The translations under genes were made by a program, and so were the position numbers. This document shows positions 40,201 to 46,791 of a DNA stretch of 64,000 nucleotides, piece by piece. The DNA comes from an uncultured Spirochaetaceae bacterium (GTDB lineage: Bacteria; Spirochaetota; Spirochaetia; DSM-27196; PWMO01), in contig CAZZIE010000001.1 of NCBI GenBank assembly GCA_964654185.1, positions 391 through 64,390 on the forward strand, in the 5' to 3' direction. Position 1 is the first letter of the stretch, and each line of letters opens with the position of its first letter. A model generated the notes under the pieces. That model was not told the DNA's origin. It made no database searches and saw only the letters and a list, made by a program, of their open reading frames with translations.

Positions 40201-41664
40201 GCGGACCGGCAGGTTCGCGCCGGAGCCCTCTCCGTCGCGTACGATGCAGCCGGAAACGTCACGCGTCGCGCCGTTGGAGCGGCCGCTCTGGAGTACGACT
40301 ACGACGCCCGCCACCGGATGACCCGCATCCACGGGCGCACCCCGGAGGGCCGCGATATCGATCTGCGCTACGGCTACGACGCCCTGGACCGCCGGTCGTA
40401 TCGCCTCGATGTGCCTTCCGGTGACCGTACGGAGTCCGCGACGGCGGGGACGGGCGGACCGGCCGCGACGGCGGCGCCCGGGACGGCAACGCTGGAGAGA
40501 GCGGTCTACCAGGGCTTCTCCTTCATGCGTCTGGCTACGCTGGAGGCGCATGGAGTCGGCAGCGTGCAGGGTGATTTTTCCGGCGTGGATGCGCCGAGCC
40601 TTCCCGGCCGGCTCCCGCGACCGAAGCCGCGGCGCGGCGCCGGTCCGCGATCCCGCGTCGACGCAGGGCAGGGCGCCGCAGTGTTGACCCGACTGGAGAT
40701 GGCGGCGGTGGCCGTTTCCGTGCAGCAGGTTCCCGCCGCTGTGGTATCGCCCCGGCAGGTCAGCCACTTCGGGGTGGATGTGCTCGGGAGCGTAACCCTT
40801 CGCGTGACGGCGCACGCGAGTGCCGCAGGCAACCGTGCGGCCGGGTCGACCGGTGCAATCGTGGAGGATCTGGCGTACCGCGCCTTCGGGGCGGTACGGG
40901 CCGGTGACGTTCGCGGTGCCATACCCTTCGGCTACACCGGCAAGGTCGTGGACGTCGCAACGGCGGTCTACGATTACGGCCTGCGAGACTACGCGCCCAG
41001 TACCGGCCGATTCACCACGGTGGACCCTCTACGGGCCGGCACGAACTGGTACGCCTACGTTCACAACGATCCGATCAATCTCATCGACAGGTTCGGCCTG
41101 GAGGCCTCCGTCCCCGGCAACCCGGGTCCCGGCGGCTTTCCCCTCGATCCTTCGGTCCAGGTCTTTCGCAGCGACGGTAACATCGACCAGCTGGCATTCG
41201 ACCAACGCTACGGCTTCGGCACCATCGCCGGCACACAATCCTGTCAGTCCGTCGCGGTCTGCAATCTCTACGCCCAGGAAACCCCCGGCGGCATGACGGT
41301 CGAGCAACTCGACGTCGTGGTTTCGGTCAGCCTCTCCTCCGGCCACCTGGAAGAGGAAGGCGGCTCCGTCACCGACTTTTCCGGCCTGAGCCGAACCATT
41401 GCAACGGAGCTCGATCGCGACGACTATTATGAATACGTGTACCCGGCACCGGACTACGAGCGCCTAACAATGTCTGAACACGACTTCGAACAATCCGACG
41501 CGGCCGCGGGGGTGGTGCAACTCTACAACCCTCAATATGACGTGAATCACTTTGTGACCCGGAGTCGCGATCGCACATACGATCCTCTACCCTCGTCTCG
41601 ACCGACAGCTTCGGGGTATGTCGTAGAAGAGGTTCGTCCACTTCAACTTCTGGATCTTCACTAG
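34225..41664 (+). CDS. RHS/YD-repeat polymorphic toxin with signal peptide, TSP3-like repeats, coiled-coil insertion and an unassigned C-terminal domain
   Basis: ATG at 34225 overlaps the upstream stop (TGATG). The hydrophobic N-terminus ends in ADAS. DGDGDGIPDGADNCPG...DSDGDGTGDACD is a thrombospondin-type-3-like Ca-binding repeat. GDPVALATGTFF is a plug motif. Dozens of YD repeats follow (YxYDxxGRL type). The RHS core end is DPLRAGTNWYAYVHNDPINLIDRFGL, followed by about 187 aa of lower-GC sequence. Confidence 0.9.
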   Translation: MGRLGLVTAIWGVGMCAIVAVERADASTCTKPVVCWDGSCVYFSDQCPPEPPPDDGPSDGDGDGIPDGADNCPGTANAGQADSDGDGTGDACDSTPHGGSGGGGSGGGGSGGGAGGSDEFDGVVNSRGEIDDALDHADGNLDESDDYFDIPSSLDTAVPGAKGDLEDITDPADGSLSKVQNEADDLDSAVTAGEKALEEFDDPVGSADKLSESHVEITSVDVPALESAAGELALTAGIGGGGAVANHGAAADYIAAGVHYESVSGAAEEVAEAAAESREILATMTEGATAATDALVDTERTYAAERGGDPVALATGTFFTQETDLAVATPAQVLLRLPEELPGLGVLAARTPGADNSLAGAAAAAAGDATLIFRRYYNSSAGSGHAGGTVAIDGVTGAAGSTGTLGPGWRHSFQSRLFIGYDGVTAAEVRELQERSSRAATRVREARDTLEDARRSAASAVEGYRDSLELAEALAVGWRDLRDAALAAAEEGAELRRAAGEADEQVAPSHAASAEELVARADEIEASLAELDDRFSGLIRRADRAERNAESARSSYQAVIDFVDGLLVEWNSDQDARASATAGVTTALDQRDRAAEHEESLRNRVSSIADALAKVEDLGTDELDRVSALRDRTEHVLSVTGVFPDDPAAYAPYVRAQAGYREAVELRDGLLPTGLAAAEQRLRAIETEGPVIIGTMEESREVTEAVAEDAGNRSDYAVSAARRNGALPSGADPGATGMGTFTVIGADGAPRLFRTGAEPAFAGPTSIGDGLVHYYRRDVTAHPDAPGDYGRLIVRRDGSYILEERNGTEHRYDAYGRLTGVTARGGAAVTLEYEGLGEGGRLRRVVDDAGRTLALQYDRDRLVEVAGPDGAAVRYGYDGQGRLHSVTDPSGRTRHYRYRGHLLTFIGTPRHVAASAEAPSGGGAAAPDHADGPGRRYNYERRDGRDVVTWTEDEAGHRELFSYHPGESPYGAGYTKHTGYHDWTEAGAAVTTRTHYDTNLRTVRREWLNSDGVVAAWESFVHDAAGNVVRREAGGDGVRRVWRFAYDGDGNLVARIDPDGVEESWEYDADGNVTAHTNGAGETTRLTCDASGRLTGAHYPTGAAFRYRYDTEGNLTEIRRLLNGRWHATRLVYGRHGYPTSVEYPDGATAALRHDAYGRPAAHISRLGLATEDRRGPAGRLLERSYADGSAEVFRYDAAGNLTETKDRLGHVTRYEHDPRGLVTSVFRERIVDVETGANTVDARTYRYRADGRLAERRAGRREGGESAQWRYDYDYRGRLIREEETTTGTLTRYAYDAAGNLVERATEPTGVAPAGAGTGAAAGAGAGAAGVPATARTFVTKYGYSPAGRLEWTENGAGERTRFDRDGAGEVTAAIDPAGHRTRIRRDTAGRTILTTAVPGAPPEVRRFDEAGHLIELSDPDGSTWRYEYDPAGRIRRESAPDGGETTYTYRHLTPGMEVTRTDPLGNDWVLRFDAAGRRIGAVDPTGAETSFERDAAGRITTVIDAHGNRRSYVYDAVGNVLARMDAYGNGRTFTYDALGHPASVTLPTGETTRFGYDALGRRRWIEEPLGNRTHFTYDVAGNLLATETPMGLTRRFTYDAAGRAVARIEPDGATYRYEYDARGRTTGEIDPTGSVRRYEYEENARGNLIAEVNRLGARRTISYGAAGRIDSMTDFNGVLHDFDYDPAGRLIREVAEGEVVRAFEYDVRGDLVRAASPAAALEFDYDERGLLVESRDRDAEVAVAYEYDAAGRRTRVLTEGYEIATSYGAMGEVREVAFDDGSAFGAGEGRIRLEYDESLRERVRRFAGSLVAERHYDEAGRLAGVVHRGGGGVAGEVLDAEAYVYDRDGRRIYTVDEAGGLTAYRYDTAGRLAAALYPHEDGVVASHLRQLKAVGMVSPPAQADRLGTIGAATGSRGGSRGSSVAVAGRITIPSEERDLIREVTEQVLPRRKGGTFLSREMWGESFTYDERGNLTGVATPLGTIGFAYDAADRQVRAGALSVAYDAAGNVTRRAVGAAALEYDYDARHRMTRIHGRTPEGRDIDLRYGYDALDRRSYRLDVPSGDRTESATAGTGGPAATAAPGTATLERAVYQGFSFMRLATLEAHGVGSVQGDFSGVDAPSLPGRLPRPKPRRGAGPRSRVDAGQGAAVLTRLEMAAVAVSVQQVPAAVVSPRQVSHFGVDVLGSVTLRVTAHASAAGNRAAGSTGAIVEDLAYRAFGAVRAGDVRGAIPFGYTGKVVDVATAVYDYGLRDYAPSTGRFTTVDPLRAGTNWYAYVHNDPINLIDRFGLEASVPGNPGPGGFPLDPSVQVFRSDGNIDQLAFDQRYGFGTIAGTQSCQSVAVCNLYAQETPGGMTVEQLDVVVSVSLSSGHLEEEGGSVTDFSGLSRTIATELDRDDYYEYVYPAPDYERLTMSEHDFEQSDAAAGVVQLYNPQYDVNHFVTRSRDRTYDPLPSSRPTASGYVVEEVRPLQLLDLH

Positions 41665-41700
41665 GCATAGCTGTCAACGCGATGGCGGGAGTAAACAGTC

Positions 41701-42603
41701 ATGGATCTGGTAATGCGAATCGTGCTGTTGGGTCTCTTTGCTTCAGTTGTCACGGCAGCAACTGGAGCGAAGGAACTCCATCTTGTGCCTGTCGACGGCG
41801 GGCGCCTCATCATGGGATCTGAGGAGGGAGATGACAACCCACTACACGAAGTTGTTCTTTCAAGCTTCATGATGGCAGAGCGAGAGATCACGGTCGGTGA
41901 GTTTCGAGAGTTCACCGTCGCCGAGGAGATACCGTTTCGATGGACGTCGTATAACTTCACGCAGTACGTGGGCCGACCCGCAGGATATGTGATCCCCGAC
42001 GATCGCGCCATGTATTTCGTTATGTGGTATGAAGCGGTTTGGTATGCGAATTATCGGAGCGAGTTGGAAGGGCTTGAGAAGGCCTACGGGTTCGACGAAC
42101 AAGCTTTGCGCGACTATTTGTACGACTTTCGCGAGGGTCGCGACCCTCCCAGCATAGAGTGGGACCGCAGTGCAAACGGGTACCGTTTGCCAACAGAGGC
42201 AGAATGGGAGTTTGCTGCGACCGACCGAGGGCAAGCTCGTACTGTCACTGATGAGTTGCTCCTACGCAGGTCGTGGGTTCGTGAGAACGCCGACGGTAAG
42301 GTGCATCCTGTGAAGGCGAAGGTACCGACCGAACTGGGGTTGTACGACATGTTGGGTAACGTATCGGAATGGTGCTGGGACTACTACGACTCCAGGTACT
42401 ATGACCGGTCGCCGGTTCGCGACCCCACCGGTCCAGCAACGGGGGAGGAATTGTCGGTCTTTCCTGGGCGCAAAGACATTCGGGTATTCCGCGGTTGTTC
42501 TTGGCGAACTCCGCTCAATTTCTGCGGACCTCACGAAAGAATGGCAACTATTGCACCGAATCGAGGCACCATCGGCATCCGCCTTGTTCGGAATGCGGAA
42601 TGA
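41701..42603 (+). CDS. secreted FGE-sulfatase (SUMF1/C-type-lectin-like) fold protein, in the immunity-gene position
   Basis: 300 aa with an N-terminal signal/TM segment (IVLLGLFASVVTAATGA). FGE-sulfatase family blocks are present (GYRLPTEAEWEFAA, GLYDMLGNVSEWCWDYY, VFRGCSW, GIRLVRN). GC is about 50-55%, clearly below the flanks. Confidence 0.8.
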   Translation: MDLVMRIVLLGLFASVVTAATGAKELHLVPVDGGRLIMGSEEGDDNPLHEVVLSSFMMAEREITVGEFREFTVAEEIPFRWTSYNFTQYVGRPAGYVIPDDRAMYFVMWYEAVWYANYRSELEGLEKAYGFDEQALRDYLYDFREGRDPPSIEWDRSANGYRLPTEAEWEFAATDRGQARTVTDELLLRRSWVRENADGKVHPVKAKVPTELGLYDMLGNVSEWCWDYYDSRYYDRSPVRDPTGPATGEELSVFPGRKDIRVFRGCSWRTPLNFCGPHERMATIAPNRGTIGIRLVRNAE

Positions 42604-42816
42604 ACTCTATGTTCCCTTGATGCAGCACGCACTGCTGAGCGGTCGGGTCTGCTTCTGGGGCAGGATCTGCCGGCGGCTGTGCTGAAGGGCCGGCAAGACT
42701 CTACCGCACCCAGTGGAAACGGCGTACATTCCGGCATTACGTTGGATTCTGGCGAGCGGTAGGGTTCCCGGGTCCAAGAGAGCCAGTACGTCCCGGCGCC
42801 GCACCGGCCGAAGAGG

Positions 42817-43554
42817 ATGGATTGCATGGTAGGCGTTCGAGTCGGGACCTCCGGGTGGAACTATCCGCACTGGGAAGGGCCATTCTATCCGGAGGGACTG
42901 CCGGCGACGAAGTGGTTTGAGCACTATCAGCGGCACTTCGATACCGTCGAGATTAACAACACTTTCTACAATCTGCCGAGCCGCCAGACTGCCGCAGCGT
43001 GGCGGGACCAGGCTGCCGAAGGTTTCCTTTACACCGTGAAGGCGAGCCGGTACATCACGCATATGAAGAAGCTCAAGGATCCGGCCGACACAACGGAGCG
43101 GCTCTTTGATCGCCTCCGGATCCTCGAAGACACGGTCCAGGTCGTGCTCTTCCAGCTTCCGCCCCGGTGGAAACGGAATACGGCGCGGCTCGCCGACTTT
43201 TTGCGCCATCTCCCGGCGCAATGGAGGTACGTCTTCGAGTTTCGTGACTCCTCCTGGTTTCATGACGATGTGTACAATCTTCTGAGGGAGCACAACGCTG
43301 CATTCTGCGTTTTCGAGCTTGGAGAACTGGAATCCCCTTTGACGGTGACTTCCGACACGGCGTACATCCGCCTCCACGGCCCGGCGGGGAAGTACCAGGG
43401 GAGCTACGATCGGAAGACACTGTCCGCGTGGGCGCGCCAATGCCGCTCCTGGGCAGCGGAAGGACTGGATGTCTGGGTGTACTTCGACAACGACGACCGC
43501 GGGTACGCCCCCCGGAATGCCCTGACTCTCAAGGAGATGGTTGCGGAGTTGTGA
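42817..43554 (+). CDS. DUF72 (YecE-like) family protein
   Basis: The N-terminal VRVGTSGWNYPHWEGPFYPEG ... FDTVEINNTFY signature is typical of DUF72. The start may be ATG 42826. Confidence 0.75.
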   Translation: MDCMVGVRVGTSGWNYPHWEGPFYPEGLPATKWFEHYQRHFDTVEINNTFYNLPSRQTAAAWRDQAAEGFLYTVKASRYITHMKKLKDPADTTERLFDRLRILEDTVQVVLFQLPPRWKRNTARLADFLRHLPAQWRYVFEFRDSSWFHDDVYNLLREHNAAFCVFELGELESPLTVTSDTAYIRLHGPAGKYQGSYDRKTLSAWARQCRSWAAEGLDVWVYFDNDDRGYAPRNALTLKEMVAEL

Positions 43555-43643
43555 GCGCCGGCGAGCCCCGGCGCCCCTGTGCATTTCGGCGCCGGGTGCC
43601 GTGATGGTTGGTGCGGACGCGGGGAGTCGCGTAGACTGGGTGC

Positions 43644-44240
43644 ATGGAGTCGATACTGATTGCCGGGGTGCCCCGGTCGGGCAAGTCTACCATTGCGCAG
43701 CGGGTTGCGGAGGCCGGCGGAGCAACCTACTTTCCTGTTGATGCCCTGGTTTCAACCCTGGGCTCGCTCTATCCGGAGCTGGGGATTACTCATTACACGG
43801 AGGAGCCTCGTGGAGTGAGCACCCATCTGGCGCCGGTCGTTGTGGAGCTGCAGCAGCATCTGCAATACGAGGGCATGACGGTGGTGCTGGATGCGTACCA
43901 GTGCTTTCCCCGGGATCTGGCGGCGGCGCTGAAGCACCGGCGGCTTGCCCTGCCGACGGGTGAGGGAGCAGGGGAGGCGCCCTTCGGAGTGGTGTACGTG
44001 GGGTATCCGGAAGCCGACGTGAAGGGCAAGACCAGGGACATAAGGGCTCACGCCCGGGTGGAGGACTGGGCGCAGGCGCTGGACGACGCCGCCCTGGAGA
44101 ACCTGGTTGAGCGGTACATCCGGGAAAGCGGCGAGATCAAGAGCCAGTGCGCCGACCTTGGATGGCACTTCATCGACACAAGCAGGAGTTTCGAGGCAGT
44201 GGTGTCCAAGGCGGTTGAGCAGCTCTCCCCGACGCTGTGA
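43644..44240 (+). CDS. P-loop NTPase/kinase-like protein
   Basis: 198 aa with Walker A at the N-terminus (IAGVPRSGKST). Otherwise unassigned. Confidence 0.5.
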   Translation: MESILIAGVPRSGKSTIAQRVAEAGGATYFPVDALVSTLGSLYPELGITHYTEEPRGVSTHLAPVVVELQQHLQYEGMTVVLDAYQCFPRDLAAALKHRRLALPTGEGAGEAPFGVVYVGYPEADVKGKTRDIRAHARVEDWAQALDDAALENLVERYIRESGEIKSQCADLGWHFIDTSRSFEAVVSKAVEQLSPTL

Positions 44241-44302
44241 CTGCCCGACGAGTGTGACAAACCCGCGTTACCGTTGATATGCTGGGGGTGAGGTGATGCG
44301 TC

Positions 44303-44659
44303 ATGGCGACGGTTCGCGTTAAGCAGGACGAGCTGCGAGTCGAGTTGGACGGCGTTGATACTCTGTTGGCGTTTCAAGGCAGCTTTCGCGTTCCTCTGGA
44401 GCACATTCGGGGAGCAACCACCGAAGCCCCTCCTCTGGAGCGAGTCTATAAGGGCATTCAGAACATCGGCACACACATTCCCGGTCTGGTCGCCGCGGGA
44501 ACCTACTACACCGCGGAGGGTCGGATCTTCTGGGATGCGAGGATCGGTCAGGAGCTCGTACGCATCGATCTTGAAGATGAAAGGTACGATGAGCTCATCC
44601 TCGGCGTGGCGGATGCCCGCGAAGTTGTCCGGGAGATCCATCAGACCTTGAACGCCTGA
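44303..44659 (+). CDS. hypothetical small protein
   Basis: 118-aa ORF with a GGGGTGAGG RBS region and coding-like composition. No motif recognised. Confidence 0.4.
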   Translation: MATVRVKQDELRVELDGVDTLLAFQGSFRVPLEHIRGATTEAPPLERVYKGIQNIGTHIPGLVAAGTYYTAEGRIFWDARIGQELVRIDLEDERYDELILGVADAREVVREIHQTLNA

Positions 44660-44770
44660 GACTACGAACGCGACGGTCTACAATCCGACACGATCTCCAA
44701 TCCAACGTAGTTAACCCATTCGTGGTATTCCCAAACGGCTGGTTTCGGCTATCGTGAGGCAGGACAACAT

Positions 44771-46492
44771 ATGCGAAATCGGCGAATCGAGAAGGCCCCG
44801 GTCGGTATTGAGGGCTTCGACTTCATAACCGGTGGCGGGCTGCCCAGGGGACGCTTGACCCTCGTTACGGGCCCCGCCGGCAGCGGTAAGACGATATTCG
44901 GAGTTCAGTTTCTCGTTCACGGAGTTCGGGATCACGGCGAGCCCGGCGCTTACGTCGGGTTCGAGGAAACCGAAGAGGAGTTGCTCGACAACTTCGGCAG
45001 CTTCGGCTACGGCCTGGAAGAGCTGACCGGTGCGAACAAACTCCTCCTGGATCACATTGAAGCCTTTCCACTCAACACCTCGGAGGCGGGGGACTACGAT
45101 CTGGACGGGCTCTTCGTACGTCTGGATGAGACCTTGAAGAGCGTCGGGGCCAAACGGCTTGTTCTGGATGCATTTCCCGCACTCTTCGCCGGCTTCACGA
45201 ACACTCAGGCGGTGCGCTCGGGACTCATGCGCCTGTTCAGCTTTCTGAAGAGCCGGGGTGTCACCGCAATCGCAACGGCGGAGAGCGCCACCCAGGTCGC
45301 GCGGTACGGACTCGGGCGGTCCCTTTCGGACTGCGTCATCAACTTTGACACGACCCTTCACGGTCGAATTGCCACCAGGCACCTTCGCGTTGCCAAGTAC
45401 CGCGGTTCAATGCATCACGACGATGAGTTTCCCTTCCTGATCTCCAACAACGGCGTCAGGGTGATGCCGGTGACCTCAGTGCACCAGGATTATCCGGTTT
45501 CCCGGGAAAGGATCACCACCGGAATCCCGAGCCTGGACGCAATGCTCGGCGGTGGTGGCTTCTACCGGGGCAGCAGCATTCTCGTGTCCGGTGAGGCCGG
45601 GACAGGCAAGACGAGTATTGCCGCCCATTTCGCACGGTCCGCCTGCTTGCGTAACGAGCGCAGCCTCTACTGCGCCTTCGAAGAGGCCGCGGACGAGGTT
45701 GTTCGCAACATGTCGTCGATAGGTCTGAACTTTCCGGAATGGATTGATCAGGGGCTGCTGAAAGTCTTCGTCTCCCGGGCAACCCGCCACGACCTGGAGG
45801 TTCACCTCGCCAACCTGGAGGAAGCCGTCGTTGAGTTCCGCCCGACGGTCATGGTGATCGACCCGGTATCGAATCTCCTGCGGGCGGGTTCTTTCGGAGA
45901 CGTGGCGTCAATGATTTCGCGGCTGGTTGATTTCCTGAAGTCGCACGGTGTTACCGCCATGTTCACCGTCCTGAGCAAGTGGGGCGGTGGCGAGTACCAG
46001 GAATCCATTGATATCTCCTCGGTCATGGATGCCTGGATTCAGCTGCGAAATCAGGAGGCGAGTGGTGAGCACACCCGGCTTCTGTCGATTGCGAAGGCGC
46101 GGGGAATGCCCCACTCCAATCAGGTTCGGGAGTTCATGATTACGGAGAATGAAATTCAACTGGTCGATGTATACGCCGCCGGAGGCGAAGTTCTGACCGG
46201 CTCGGCGCGGGTTGCCCGACTGGAAGCGGACCGCCGGGACGCGATCCGGCGGCGCCTGGAAGTGGAACGGGCCGAGCGGGAGCTGGCGAGCCGCAGAACG
46301 GCCATTGAGAAGCAGATAGCTGAACTGAAAGGGGAGCTCGAACAGATCGAGGAGGACTACAGGTACAGCCGCCTCTGGCATCAACAGGAGGCGGCATCCC
46401 ACGAGAGTGAGCGGAACCTGGTTGCACGGGAGCGCTGGGCGGAGGGAGCGATGGAGGGGGCGAGTGGCAAAGACGACGGGAAGTCGGAGTGA
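44771..46492 (+). CDS. kaiC: KaiC-family double RecA-like ATPase with a C-terminal coiled-coil extension
   Basis: Two KaiC domains: Walker A GPAGSGKT plus catalytic FEETEEE, and Walker A GEAGTGKT plus FEEAADE. DISSVMD aligns with the cyanobacterial phospho-site segment (ISTITD). The last ~90 aa are heptad-like and charged (RLEADRRDAIRRRLEVERAERELASRRTAIEKQIAELKGELEQIEE). Confidence 0.85.
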   Translation: MRNRRIEKAPVGIEGFDFITGGGLPRGRLTLVTGPAGSGKTIFGVQFLVHGVRDHGEPGAYVGFEETEEELLDNFGSFGYGLEELTGANKLLLDHIEAFPLNTSEAGDYDLDGLFVRLDETLKSVGAKRLVLDAFPALFAGFTNTQAVRSGLMRLFSFLKSRGVTAIATAESATQVARYGLGRSLSDCVINFDTTLHGRIATRHLRVAKYRGSMHHDDEFPFLISNNGVRVMPVTSVHQDYPVSRERITTGIPSLDAMLGGGGFYRGSSILVSGEAGTGKTSIAAHFARSACLRNERSLYCAFEEAADEVVRNMSSIGLNFPEWIDQGLLKVFVSRATRHDLEVHLANLEEAVVEFRPTVMVIDPVSNLLRAGSFGDVASMISRLVDFLKSHGVTAMFTVLSKWGGGEYQESIDISSVMDAWIQLRNQEASGEHTRLLSIAKARGMPHSNQVREFMITENEIQLVDVYAAGGEVLTGSARVARLEADRRDAIRRRLEVERAERELASRRTAIEKQIAELKGELEQIEEDYRYSRLWHQQEAASHESERNLVARERWAEGAMEGASGKDDGKSE

Positions 46493-46778
46493 GCCCTGGC
46501 GGTTCGAGCTGTACGTTGCGGGTACCTCGCCGAAGCAGCAGCTCGCACTCCGAAATCTCACGGACATCTGTGATGCCGCACTCGGTACGGACTACACCAT
46601 CGACGTCATTGATATTCTCGAGCATCCCGGATTGAGCAGGGAACGGCAGATCCTCGCGACACCGACGGTGATCCGGATCACTCCATTGCCGGAGCGACGG
46701 ATTGTCGGAGATCTCACCCAGCGTGATGCGGTGTACCGCGGTCTGGAGCTGCCCCGGCTGCAGGAGGATCGCGTCTAG
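46464..46778 (+). CDS. kaiB: KaiB-like thioredoxin-fold protein
   Basis: About 104 aa from GTG 46464 (GGAGG 6 nt upstream), overlapping the kaiC 3' end. It has the KaiB signature ELYVAG.SP.S..A..NL..IC ... IDVIDILEHP....E.QILATPT. Confidence 0.8.
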   Translation: MAKTTGSRSEPWRFELYVAGTSPKQQLALRNLTDICDAALGTDYTIDVIDILEHPGLSRERQILATPTVIRITPLPERRIVGDLTQRDAVYRGLELPRLQEDRV

Positions 46779-46791
46779 TAAAGCGGATTAC

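Noticed and set aside
31038-41664. RHS as a T6SS effector or Tc (ABC) toxin component.
   Set aside because: No PAAR, VgrG, Hcp, TssA-M, TcA or TcB-like sequence is recognisable in the 64 kb. The protein begins with a signal peptide instead. A locus outside the window cannot be excluded.
41701-42816. FGE/C-type-lectin-fold protein as the variable protein of a diversity-generating retroelement.
   Set aside because: No reverse transcriptase ORF is present in the window. By eye, no template repeat resembling the gene's 3' end (42470-42603) is visible in the downstream 200 bp or elsewhere nearby.
43572-43599. Hairpin CCGGCGCC-N12-GGCGCCGG after the DUF72 gene as an intrinsic terminator.
   Set aside because: No T-run follows it. 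GC-rich palindromes of this size are frequent by chance in this composition.
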